DNA from: Pseudogymnoascus verrucosus
Taxonomy: Eukaryota
Direction: 5' to 3' (one strand)
Assembly (NCBI GenBank): GCA_001662655.1
Contig: KV460257.1
Length of the DNA stretch: 64,000 nucleotides
Part shown: positions 36,553-49,503 of the stretch, piece by piece
Numbering within the stretch: position 1 is the first letter of the stretch
Layout of the letters: every line of letters begins with the position of its first letter
The notes under the pieces: model-generated
Databases searched by the model: none
What the model was told of the DNA's origin: nothing
The model's input: only the letters and a program-made list of their open reading frames with translations
Position numbers and translations under genes: made by a program

Positions 36553-39500
36553 ATGAACAACCAACCACCACAACCCCCCTCGGGGCTCGATCGCGAGCGG
36601 GAGCTCGAAGAACAGCATCTGCGCGAGCAGCAGCATATCATGAGGCAACAAGAGGAGATGGCGCAGCGTCGCGACCACGAGGACCGCGAAAGACATCGTC
36701 GGGATCAACAACAACAACAATACCAATCGGTGCCTCAACACCAGAACAACACCGGCACGATCCCAATCCATCAGCCGGTCGCATCGCGTCTCGCCGGCGC
36801 CATCCACAGTCCTGGTGGGCTTCTCGCCAACCATAACGGCTCATCTCAGCCTGGTCCATTGGGTGCGCCGACGGGTCCTGGGAATGCGTTCGGCGGTCCT
36901 TTGCACGCCGAGGCAAACCGATCAATCCAGCCGCACAATCAGCAGCAGAATCCCGCGGCCCAGCAGCAACATCAGATCTTTGGACCAAATATCATAAATC
37001 ACGTCGTTGGGCAGGCGGCTCCTATCGGAGTCAATCAGGCCGCTGCGCCTGGGTTTGGAGGTCCCCTCCAGCCTGAAGCTGCTGCTCGCTCGATGCAGCA
37101 GATGCCGTTTGGTGGCCCTGGTGGAGCTGCGCATCCTGCACAGGGTGCCCCGGCGTTGGGACAGGGACAGCAGCCGATTTTAAATGTGAGTTTCCTTTGT
37201 TGCAAACAGCGACAATTACCAGTTCCGAAGTCTATCGCGTTTTGGCGTTTGCGTGGAGCTGTAGTGGCTACATGGTGGCCTTTCGTCATGACTCCGATCG
37301 CCCAGACACTGTCCCGCTTCATGGGGCAACAATCGCCATCATTACTGCAGAAGACACTGACATTATATTCTTCAGGACGCGTTAAGTTACCTTGATCAAG
37401 TCAAGGTTCAGTTCGTCGACCAGCCGGATGTATACAATAGGTTTCTCGATATCATGAAAGATTTTAAGAGCCAAGCGTAGGTCTTCTCGCCAACCCCACC
37501 AATGCCCCCTCGGCCTCCATTTCATAGCTAACATCATGGAAAACAGTATCGACACTCCTGGCGTCATCAACCGAGTATCGGATCTGTTTGCAGGGCATCC
37601 GAACCTTATCCAAGGATTCAATACTTTCCTGCCACCGGGGTACCGAATTGAATGCGGCGCTGGCAACGACCCAAATACCATCCGTGTAACGACACCCATG
37701 GGGACAACCGTCCAGTCCATCACTGGAGCTGGCCGTGCCCTTCCTGATGGGCCCCAGGCCGGTGCCAACGGCGGATACTACCCAGCACAAAGAGGAAATG
37801 GCAATAACTGGCAACAACCACAACACTCCATCGAGAGTCCTGAAGCTGTGTTCAGCCCACAAGCTCGCAACGGCGTGCCACCGTATGCCCAAGCCCAGGC
37901 GCCGAACGCCGTGTACGAATCACAACAGGCGGCTGTGAATGCTCATCAGCAAGAACAGCGGGGTGTATCTCAGCTTCAGAGTGCCATTGCAACCGCCACC
38001 GGCCACCCTGTCGCGAGGAACGCGTTGACTCCTACGCCAACTGCCCAAGGTGCCGGCATGAACGGAGCTGCAGCCCAGCAACCTGGTGTTGAGAAGCGTG
38101 GTCCTGTCGAATTCAACCACGCAATAAGCTATGTGAACAAGATAAAGGTTTGTAGCTGCCCAGTGTCATTCAAAAAAAGTTATTAATAGTGTACAGAACC
38201 GCTTCCAAGATAAGCCAGAGATCTATAAGCAATTCCTTGAGATTTTACAGACATATCAGCGGGAGTCGAAGCCAATCCAGGACGTCTATGCTCAAGTCAC
38301 TACATTGTTCGGCACTGCGCCTGACCTTCTAGAGGACTTCAAGCAGTTCTTGCCTGAGTCTGCTGCCCAGGCTAAGGCTGCTGCTGCGAAGGCTGCCGAG
38401 GACGCTGCAGCCATTGGTCTTGCTGGAGTATCGCAGGCACCACAGCCTCTTCATGTTGCCCGTGGGGAACAGAAGTTACCTCCCGTCGGGAATTTCTTGC
38501 CTCCAAGCACCAGCAAAGAGGGTAAGAAGCGGCCACGTCCGCCGAATGCACCAGCGCCGGTCCCGATGGGTGCTCTGGGAGACGCAGCCGCTAGCCGGGC
38601 GTCTATTGGGCAAGCAGGGAGTGCAAACAAAGTAAGTTGTATCCTAGCGAATTCACTGCCCGCTTAAGCTTTATAACTAACAAAACTCCACCCACAGAGG
38701 ATGAAGACCTCGCATGGTACAAGAATGGTTGAAGGTGCACCTGCTGTCTCTCCAACACTTACTCCTCAAAAACCCCAGCCCATGTCGCCACTCATGTCGA
38801 TTGCTACGCAACAATCTGAGGTGGCCTTCTTCGATAAGGTGAAGAAGTATCTGAGCAACAAACAGATCTTTGCTGAGTTCTTGAAACTCTGCAACCTCTT
38901 TTCACAAGACCTCATTGACAAGAACGTGCTCGTGCACAAGGTCAGCAACTTCATTGGCCAGAATGCTGAGTTGATGGACTTCTTCAAACGCTTTGTCAAC
39001 TATAGCGGACCTGAGGAGGTTATTGAGAACCGCCCCAGAGCTCCAACTGGGAAGGTCTCTTTGAGCAACTGCCGTGGCCTAGGGCCTAGCTATCGTCTGC
39101 TCCCCAAACGGGAGCGCCTTAAGGCATGCAGCGGTCGTGATGAGATGTGCTACTCTGTTCTCAACGATGACTGGGCATCCCATCCAACTTGGGCGTCTGA
39201 AGATTCTGGATTTGTCGCTCATCGCAAGAATCACTTCGAAGAAGGCCTCCACAGAATTGAGGAGGAGCGACACGATTACGACTTCAACATTGAAGCAAAT
39301 GCCAAGGTCATCCAACTACTTGAGCCTATTGCTCACCAGATCCTCAACCTTCAGGCACATGAGATGCCTACTTTCAGGATGCCATCTGGATTTGGTGGCC
39401 AGAGTCAGTCTATCTACAAGAGAATCTTCAAGAAGATTTACGGGACTGAGAAGGGCAACGAGGTTGCTGCAGACTTGTTCAAGGATCCGATCGCAGTTGT

Positions 39501-41378
39501 TCCAGTTGTCCTTGCTCGTCTCAAGCAGAAGGATGAGGAGTGGAGATTCACGCAGCGTGAGTGGGACAAGGTTTGGCACGTCCAGACCCAGGCGATGTAC
39601 CTCAAGAGTCTCGACCACATGGGGATTTCCGTGAAGGGAGCCGACAAGAAGCTCCTGGCACCCAGAGCCATGACAGAGCTTATCCGCAACAAGCATGAAG
39701 AGCAGAAGCGCCAACGAAGCCTGACATCCAATGTCCCGCGCTATCAGTTCCTGTACACTCTGGATGACGACGATGTAATCATCGATGTTGTCCGGTTTGC
39801 GATTCTCTACGTCATGAACGCAAACCAGCATAGTCCTGCTGAAAGAGATAGGATCGCGGATTTCTTGGAAGATTTCGTTCCTACTTTCTTTGGCATCTCT
39901 GTTGACACCGTTCGTGACCGCGTCAAGGATATCTCGAGAGTCTCACCAGATGAGGAAATGGAGGACACGACCCCCGCGGAACTGTCCAACGGCCGCAGCA
40001 GCCGCCGCGCAAATGGCAAGACGGACCACAACCTTCTACGCGGCGTTCTCGAGCGCGGCAGAAACGGCACCAGGGGCCGTGGCCAGAAGGAGAGCAGCAT
40101 TGCCTCCGGAAGCAAGGAGTCGACTCCTGACACTGGGTCGATTGCCGAGGATGAGGAAACTGCTGGAGACCCTATGGATGAGTCTGGTTCCGGCGAGGCC
40201 CAGAATGAGCGCTGGCTAGGCCGTCCCCCGAGTGCCGCGGCACTCCAAGGCGCACCGCTTGAGGCGTCTGATTTCGAGTTGAAGGCTGATCAGCCGTTCT
40301 ATCGCGAGTGGTACAGCTTGTATGCCAACCAGACTATCTTCCAGTTCTTCAGCATCTTCGAGGTGCTGTATCGTCGCTTGAAGGCTCTCAAGGATGGTGA
40401 GGCGGCTGTCGCGGAGGAGGTGCGCCGCATCAAGGCTCCTAAGCCCGCGAAGGAGATTGGCCTGCTTGAGGAGCGCAATGATTGGTTTTCTCAGGATTCT
40501 TCTGAGACTTACTACAATCGGGCTCTTATGGTTATGGAGGAGTTTGTACTTGGTGACGTTGAGGAGGTCAAATACCAGGACTTCCTTCGTACCTATTACC
40601 TCCAGAGGGGATGGGCGCTGTACACGATCAGTGATCTTCTGAAGAACATTTGCCGATACGCTACTACTTGTTCTTCAACCGATAGCAAGGAGAAGACGCC
40701 ATTGATCATCAACAGCTTCTTGACCAACCGCACCAAAGACGAGACGACTTTCAACCAGGAGATTGACCTCCGCAAGAAGGTTGAGAAGATCGTCGGAGAT
40801 GCTGACATGTACCTAATCAGATACGTAAGTAGCATCCTAAGACTATTTTCTAGTTACAAGCTAACCCCCTACAGTCCCCCAAACGCCGCCAGGCCACAAC
40901 CCAACTCATCACCAAAGACGAATCCACCTTCGACCTCACTGACATGGAGCGCAAAGACCGCTGGAAATACTACACCTCCTCCTTCGTGCGCATCGAGCCC
41001 ACCGAGGGCGTCCCCCTCGACCGCATCCGCCGCTCCGTCCTCACCCGCAACCTCTCCCCCCACGAAACCGACTCCGACTCCGGCCTGCTCTCTCAATCGC
41101 GCAAGCCCCTCCTCTGGGCCGAAGACCTGACTCTCCGCATCTGCGTCAACACGTACCGCCTCACCTACAAGACGGGCACGTCGGAGTGGTTCGTGTACTC
41201 TGATGGCGTGCAGGATGAGGTCGCGGCGCGGCAGACGACGGAGAAGCGCAATCAGAGGTTTAGGGAGAAGTTTGAGATGAATAGTAGGTGGATGGAGAAT
41301 AAGAGCCAGCAGGAGGTGCAGAAGACGAATGAGGACTTTAAGAAGTGGATTAGTGAGGGCCCGGCTGCTGCGGAGTGA
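36553..41378 (+). CDS. SIN3: Transcriptional corepressor Sin3 (PAH1-3, HDAC-interaction domain)
   Basis: PAH1 [44 protein letters not shown]2 [17 protein letters not shown]3; [41 protein letters not shown]. Introns 37186-37375, ~37477-37546, ~38148-38196, ~38632-38697, ~40824-40874. Confidence 0.96.
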
Positions 41379-42076
41379 GCGAGCGGAGCTAGGGGTTCGA
41401 GTTGGTCTATTTATTGGGTTTTCGTGGATCTGTGTAAGCTTCATAAGGCGTTTGCGGATTCTTTTATGCGGGTTGGGATGATATACGATGGGCTGGCTGT
41501 ACGGAGGCTTATTTGTATACTTGAGGGAGGCCAAAAGGCAGAATGGGGAAGACATCGATCGGACTGCGTCAAGCCTCTTTTCCCACCTTGAGGCATCGAG
41601 GGTTTGAACAAACTACTGGCGCTTCCCATGTGTTTCTGGGTACGGACGGACGGTGGTGTCTCCAAAGAATCAGGACGAGGCGTTTTTTTCTCTTTCTAAC
41701 AGTTTTTGTTAACTCGCTTCTTCCTTCACACGAATGGTTTTGTTGTTGTCGGCTACTTTTTGGTTTTGGTTTTTGCTGCTTAATAAGGAGAGCTACTGTT
41801 TGTTTAGACTACGAGTTGCGGTGCCTTTTTCTCTTTTGCTCTCTACATAGTATCAGATAGTTTTCACAGGAATTGAGGAGGTTTCGATTCATGACTGTGT
41901 GTCTGTATTCTACTCTAATCATGTGATAATTTTCCCTTGTGACCCTGAGCTCAGTATCTCGAGGAGGTTGGATTAATGGCCGCTCTGGTCCTGTTTAGCC
42001 CGGCCCGTCAGGCTTTCTCCTGTATAGTTCTTCTAGAAGGTCTTACTTCCTGCCCCTGCCCTTCGTGAGGCCTCAC

Positions 42077-42720
42077 GATCTGATGCACGGCGCTTCCGTG
42101 ATATTAGCCACAGCCCCAACGTCTTCGATGTGGCTGGAGGGTGACGACAACCTCATCATCTGAGGCCTTCCCACCCCGGCCCTCAAGGCTCTACGACATG
42201 CTCCACAGCGTTTCCACGAAGTTAGCCACCCCCAACACCCTCATAGTGGCTGCGATGAGTGGCAACACCCTCGTCATAACTACACAGCGGCCCCCTCGGC
42301 CTTTCATCCTGACCCCGGCTCCAGACTCTACGATCTTCTGATCTGACGCACAGCGCTTCGCGACGTTATCCCCAGCCCCCACCATCAACGGCCTCAACGG
42401 GGCTTGGAAGTGCCAACATACACCCTCGTCAACATCTGCACAGCGCTTCCATCAAATCCAACTCCAACGTTCTCACCGGGGCACGATCATGTGAGTGGCG
42501 AATGCACGGCGCTTCCCCGCCATTAGCCCCAACACCCACCCATCCATCAACCAGGGCATCGCGTCGGTCCCGCTGCACGGCGCTTCCATCAGTTGGCACC
42601 ACCACCACCACCACCACCAACATCCGGACAAATCCAAAAACAGGGGAGGAACCTCATCGGTCCGCTGCACGGCGTCCTGGGCGGCGATTGATCTGAGACC
42701 TCCCTCCTGCACGGCGCTTG
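42077..42720. repeat. Array of ~8 degenerate TGCAC(G/A)GCGCTTCC motifs with variable spacers
   Basis: Copies at ~42084, 42203 (degenerate), 42347, 42437, 42503, 42574, 42666 (degenerate) and 42708. Confidence 0.75.
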
Positions 42721-42764
42721 CTTGCTCGGTCGCTAGCTAGCTACTTGGTGTTGGTGCTCTTAGT

Positions 42765-43120
42765 TCACACCCCAGCACCACCGGCTCTAGAGAGGCGTTC
42801 CTGGGCGGCTTGCGCTTCTAGGGCTGCTGCGCGGCGCTTGGGGAGGAGGGAGGGGTCGAGGAAGGGTTGGGGGGGGTGGGCGGCGTGGAAGGTGGTTGCT
42901 TGGGGAGGGGGTTAGAGGGTTGTTGGGGAGGGGGGGGGGGGAGGTACTTACGAGGGGTGGTGGTGGTGCTGGTGGTAGTGCTGGTTGTACTGGGTTGGAG
43001 CTCGAGCCGGGAGGGGAGGGGGATGGTGTAGGATTTGTGTGTGGCTGGTGGTGTCTTTGGGGGGAGGAGGGGGCGCTTAGGGATGAGCTGGTGAGGGGGT
43101 TGGGAGGTGGTGGTGGACAT
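42765..43120 (-). CDS. Hypothetical 100-aa Pro/Thr-rich protein
   Basis: Exon 43120-42952, intron 42951-42899 (GTAAGT..CTAAC..AAG), exon 42898-42765; 303 nt in frame: MSTTTSQPPHQLIPKRPLLP...TTFHAAHPPQPFLDPSLLPKRRAAALEAQAAQERLSRAGGAGV*. Confidence 0.6.
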
Positions 43121-43871
43121 GTTTGTGAGGGAGGGGATGGTGTGATGGTGGTGACTGGGATATGGTTTGTGAGGATGCTGGTGACTGGGGCATGTGGTTC
43201 GTGTAGCAGCGGTTGTGCCTTTTTGTGATACTGTGTTGGTGATGTTTGTGTAGCGCTCTTTGTACGTGGATATTCCGTCTGCGGGCGTATATTCTGTCTG
43301 CGGTTTGCTGGATATGAAAATCGTGTCGGTGAATATCCGCTGGTTGTTTACCCTCGTGCCCTCATACCCTCGGTGGTAGTATTGGTGGTAGTTTCGATGG
43401 TAGTGCGGTATGGTTTGACGGGTATATTGGAGGCGTGAGTGAATTTGCTGTCGTCGGCTCGCTGGCGGTCCAGTGATGAGCATCCGCGAGTCGTTGATTT
43501 CGGTACCTATACTTCCTTGTCCATACTAATCTTGGCTGTGGACCCCGTACTCCTACCCACTGGCGTGCTAAAGTCGTAGCTCCCAAAAACTACTGCACCA
43601 AGCAACTTAGCCTAGCTGCTAACTGCCTTCCGCATACTGAATAGCGATAAGCAACCAAAAGAGTCGCAAGTCAATTTCGCCAGTCAAATGTCCAGTCTGC
43701 ACCGCCCAACCATACACCACACCCCGCCATATTCAAGACCCCGATTTTTACTACTGTAATTATCCTCCCTGAGAGCGACACCGGACCCCTAACGTGAACC
43801 GATACCGGGCCATATCGGAGACATTTTTTAATTATTTAGGAAACCACGCGCCATCGCGCGTGTTTTACTGC

Positions 43872-46214
43872 ATGGACGCTCAAGGCGGCGTGGGGGTGAT
43901 TGGCGGTGGTCACGGCGGAGCCTCTTCGCCAACCTCTATTCGCAACGGCACCGCCAATGCAAAACGGAAACGCAGCGGCGCGGGCTTCGAGAGCAGTCCC
44001 GGGAGCGTTGATATCGCGGAGAATGAAGAGGATGAGGCCGAGAGGAGGCGACAGCCCGGCGTGAAAAGGGCTTGCAATGAGTGTCGTCAACAGAAGGTGC
44101 GATGAGTCAAAAAAACCGAGAGAGCCCCGTCGCAATGGCGACGTCGGGCGGGCATTCTTCAACAATGTCTCGGATGAGGGTTCGATTGGCTAATGCGATT
44201 GTTCTAGTTACGATGCGATGTCGTCCAGGATCCTTTTACCACCTGCTCGAGGTGCATGCGATTGAAGCTGGAATGCAAGATCGAGTCAAACTTCAAGCGT
44301 GTGGGGAAGCGCAGTAAACATGCCGAGATGGAAAAGCAAATTGAGTCATTGCGACGGAGTCTGCAACGGGCGCAAGCACAGGGATATGCGGTCGAGGAAG
44401 AGGAGGATATCGAAAGCCCTATGGGTAACGGCATGTACAGCAACTCGATGAACAATTCGTCGTTCCTGCGCAACTCTGATGAGGCGGTATCGTCGCTCCT
44501 CCACCTAAAACAAAGCGGCACCTACAATATACCTCGAGTAGCGCACCAGCTGGAAGATGTACGCTTGACGGAAGATCAAGTCAATCAGCTCTTCAGCGAC
44601 TACTTCACTTTCTACCATCCATTTCTTCCGTTTCTCAACCCCTCGCAACCGCCAGAGCAATACTTCACACAATGCCCGCTTCTCTTCTGGGCCATCATCT
44701 CGGTCTCGGCTCGGCGTACCAATGTAATGGATAACCTCCTCACGTCGCTAGCTGGCCCTCTCTCAAGGTTACTCTGGACAACCATTGGTGGCGTTCCTGG
44801 CAGCCACTACGCCATCAAGGCACTGTGCCTGCTCTGCACATGGTCATTACCTACAAGCACAACAGCTACAGACCCGACCCACATACTCAGCGGAGTATTG
44901 ATGAAGGCTGCCACAGGCATCGGGCTTCATAGGCCCAGCCATGCACAAGACTTCTCTCGAGTCTCTGTCGAATTCAACAAGGACGAGTTACATGACCGAG
45001 TGACTACGTGGGCAGTTTGCAATATTGTCTCGCAGACTATTGGCACAGGGTATGGCCAGCCGGCAACGACACTATACGACTGGACTCTAGCGATCCGACC
45101 CGGCGATGCGGGGCCATTCCAGCTATCGGCAGAGCTGGAGGCGAGGCTACGAATTGAACGATTCACAGACAAGGTGTCCAAGGAGATGTTCAGCAACGCC
45201 AGCGATCCCCAAGGTGTTTCCGGAGATGAGCTCCGGGCGATGCTGACGCGCATCTTCAGGCGTGAGTATGCCGATTTAGAGGCATCTATTCTTTCAGACC
45301 AAAATCTCTCCCCATTTATAACCGTATTTCTCAAAGCTGCTGGCCTGCATTTACGACTAGCCGCGTTCTTCGATTCTCGATCTACCCCGAATTACATGGA
45401 TGATCTACTTGGATTATGGCGGGCGACGACGGGGTTTCTTACGACGGTATTCAGCCTCGAGACACCTTCGGGCACACACTCGGGCAACATCCTTCAGTAT
45501 GGTACAAACTATATGTCCCAAATGATTGTAGCTGCCGGGTTTGCGCTGCTGAAGCTCTTGAGCAGCTTCTTCTCGGCGGAAATCGATTTCGACCGAGGGA
45601 GGCTGCTGTTCCACAAGACGATCCAGGCCATTCGTAGTATGAGTGTCACCAACAACGATCTTCTGTGGCGACTTGCCGAACTGATGGCGCAGATGTGGAA
45701 CGGGCTGCGGGCGGAGAAGAGGACGGAGCACGGCAGTAGTGAGCTGGATGGATCAATGCAGCTGAAAGTAAGGTGCCGTCACAGCATGAGCTTGGTATAT
45801 GATACGATCTGGCGCTGGCGCGAAGAATATCAAGCTCAGGGCCGCGGGAGCATCGAAGGTACGTCCTTGCGGATACCTCGTCAATCGGCCGGCACGACTT
45901 CTTCCTCCTGGCTTGATGCTAACCGAGACTGGGATGCAGCCGCCTTGAAAAACCCGACAAACCCCGAATCTGCCGAAGATTCTCGGGCATCATCCACTCC
46001 CCTCGACAGCACCCTAGCCCCCCCTCCACATACACTGCACCAGGGCCTGCCGAATCATATGGCGACTTCTTTATCTGGGCTCGGGGGAATGAGTGGCTAT
46101 GGGGAGAGTAATTATGAGGTCTTCGATCCGCTGAATTGGATGCTGGATGGATTGGTCGACTTCCCTTATTCATATGCAGCGGTGCAAGGATTGGAGACTC
46201 AAGGAATGAGCTGA
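43872..46214 (+). CDS. leuB: Zn2Cys6 transcription factor, Leu3/LeuB-like (leucine biosynthesis regulator family)
   Basis: Intron 44097-44207 joins KRACNECRQQK to LRCDVVQDPFTTCSRCMRLKLEC; YFTFYHPFLPFL middle region; probable intron 45859-45939; C-terminal FDPLNWMLDG. CxECRQQK resembles Leu3, but the orthology is from recall, not a search. Confidence 0.8.
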
Positions 46215-49200
46215 GTAGGGCGCAGCTCGGTCGTAAATGACAAATGCGGTATGATGTTGTATTTTTTTCACAAAAAACGGTGTGCTCAAATCGGCGTGCG
46301 GGAGGGGGGGATGGGGGCGTGAAACGGGGGAGGGATGGGAAAGCAAGGCCATGGGGAATTAAATGCTTGCGACAAATGACAAATACGCTTAATAGGCTAT
46401 GGGCAACATGCTCTCCCTTTGTTCACTGGGAGTACTTGGAGTTAATTTGAGGTTTCAGCCGGGGGAAGGCGCAGAATGGAAGGGTCTCGGACGTCGTTGC
46501 CTTCCTGTCGCATATCTTTCTCTCTTTTCTTTAAATAAAACTGGAATGTTTGCTCACCGACGCAAGATATGCGGACAAGTATGCAGCCCCGCTGGTGTCA
46601 TTGGGTGAACTAGACAAATAGGTGCATGAGCGCATTTCACGTCCGAACAAGGACCCCCTTCCATATCAATCATATTTCAGGCAGCCGTCTTTTGTTATTC
46701 AACCACCACTGTCCCCCTTCCAAGCTTATGCGGGCACGCACAGCTCCCAACCCCACCTACCCTACCTCACCTACCTCCACCTATACCTACTACTCTATTA
46801 CTTACTTTCTGCAACCTTGATCGCCCTCCCGTCCGTCGGTGGTACTCTACATAAGACCCCATCCCATCCAACAGCGCTGCACGCCCGCTGCGTCAACGGC
46901 GGATGACACCCATTTCGGACGACACCGTACGACCCAACGCAGGCGGTCTTGGGGCGGGAGAAACGCGTAGTGGCATGTACGACGTCGGGTGGCAGGTGAA
47001 ATGGTTGGTCGAGTATATGCAAGTGCCGCCTGAAGGCGCCGTCCCATGTGTTGGTTGTGTGTTGGTACGAGTAAGAAGGGCTTTCGAAGCGCTGGGCTGC
47101 AGCCGGCAAGCGACCTTTTCGTTTACGTTGCGATGCTACCTTCTGACAGACAGTGACAGCCAGCGACAGCCCCGTTTGCGCCCCGTCCGCGCCCTAGTCG
47201 TGTCTTTTTTGTACATCGCGTATGTGTACATCATATCTCGTTTGCACATTATACAAGGAAGGAACGGAGACGTCGGAGGAGCTTCATTCACTAGTGTCTT
47301 CGTCGATACATCCACCACGTCGGCCAAGATTAGCGACTAAATCCACTAAAGGCCGCTAGCATCCAAGCCATGACCATCGCTAATGAGGACCCCTGACCCC
47401 CTAGCAAACATACTACCAACTATGACAATTTAGGGGTTGGCCTCCGCAAGTAGCCTTCACAACGTCGCCTTGCCATTTGCTAAATCTCGATGATGTCCAC
47501 CGATGTGATGTGATGTGTGCTGTGCCGTTCCGTGACCTTTTGGCCAGCTCGTCACACAATACATACAACAAACAATATACAATGGGGCCCATATACAATA
47601 TACAATTTACGCCCGCGCGCTTAAGTCCACCCCCCCCCCCCATGGCCGCGAGGCTTTTTTCCATCCGCACACCCTGACTCCCTGTCTCTTTGTTCTGCTA
47701 CCTCCCCTCGTTCCCCCCTTTGCTTTACGGCTATGGCCAAAACAGGGCACAAGAAAAGAAGGGGTCCAACATGGGGAGGGGGTCACTGCTGCTGCTGCTG
47801 CAACACACAGCATGACCGATCGATTATTTGCGCCTGTTGTTGGCTGCAACGGCCGGGTCAAGCCGCTGTGCTGTGAGATCTGCTGCTTTTCTGTGTGCGG
47901 TTGGTTGTCTGTGGCACACTTCGCTTTGGGGGCGATCATGAGCTGACTGAGGGGAGAAGGGAGGACCGTCCCTCCCGCGTCTCCCCGTCCACACCCCCCC
48001 CCATACCGTATTGTCCTTACCGTATTTACTATACTTCGCAGGAAAGGGGGGGGGATCGGGGATGGGGGGAAAGGGTGGTGGTCGACTCCCAGAGCACAGC
48101 CTGTGTGGATGCGTTTGAGAATGATTCACAATTGGTCCGACGTGCTCCATCGATCAATCCCGACAGTCTGGAGACGACACCCGGGGCCCCATGTTCGTGG
48201 CGTTAGTTTGTTACTTCGCTCCACACCCCCTTGTCTAATGCTTGTCGTATGTCCCTTCCCTATTGACAACTTTCATACCATTTCATACTTCCCATACTCT
48301 CCCATACCCCCCCTAACTATTCCCTGCTTTCTACAATATTCTATTCTGCCATACTGCACTACTCTACTCTGCTCTGCCTACACTCTACTCTACTCTACTC
48401 AGCTCTGCCTACTCTAACCGACCTCTATCTATCCTTACTATGCCACGCTACGCCTACCACTCTACTACGCTCTGATCGCGGCATTTATCCGCGGCCCCTC
48501 CCTCCCTTCCCCCCCCCAACCTTTCTTTTGTCCTATGTATCTATTCCTATCCTATCGTATGCAAAATTTCTTGCCGGAGATCGGCTTATTTTATTTCTAC
48601 TTGTCACTCCGCAACTCCTGCAGGCAGGGGCGAACATGTGATGCTAAGTCGCTCCAGCGGCCCTGAAACCGTGTCCCGAGCGCTTAAACGTCTGCAGAAG
48701 GGTGCATGTTCTGGAGTCTTTCCTCCCACTACTTCCTCCCTAGTCCACTCCCACTATTCCCACTTGTCTCCCTGTCGTCAAACAGGCGATCGACTCGACA
48801 AATCGCCCCGTCTTTTCTCTTGTGCAGATTGTCGATGAGATCCCCCCCCATCCCACTCCTAACTCCCCCCCCCTTCCCTACAACCCCCCCCCCTAACCTA
48901 ACCTATTCCCTACCCCCCCGACTGATCTCTTTTCGGCTCCTTGGCACTAATTCCTGGTTGCCTTTTCCTGTCACTCAACCCCCCTCCTGCACTGTATGAC
49001 CAGGGCGCTTAATCAATGCAAAAATTCATCCATCCACCCCAACCGCACCCATGGAGGTCGATTCCAAAGCGACCCGGCAAACAGAATGGTGCTGTACTCC
49101 CTGCCACATTTGGCTAGTTAACCAGCGGCCGAGGCTCAGTAGTGCTGTGCCCTACAGTCCGTCCGAAATCATAGGCAATCGTTTCTTCACTCCGTCAAAG

Positions 49201-49503
49201 TCGTGGCCATCGCCACACCTGGCGAGGCTTCCTCCTTGATATTCTTCTTATCCAGTGTTTCGTCAGGCAGAATTCTTAAATGTGCCTGTGTGGATTGCCC
49301 TCTAGTACTATATCTCGAATCATTGCATCTTATGATATATACTTTCCGTCCCACACATATGCGTCATATGCTACTGCTATCTTCACGGTGCTGGCAAGTC
49401 GCAAAATCACTCCAAAAACTTCCTCCAACCACCAAGAATCTACTCGACAGATCATATTCTTCTCAGATCTTTAGACCAATAACCTCAACTCATGTTTGTT
49501 GCC

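Noticed and set aside
48885..48905. ccctaacctaacct as a telomeric repeat or telomerase template
   Set aside because: Only one CCCTAA unit inside a C-rich tract; no tandem TTAGGG array or template-length match.
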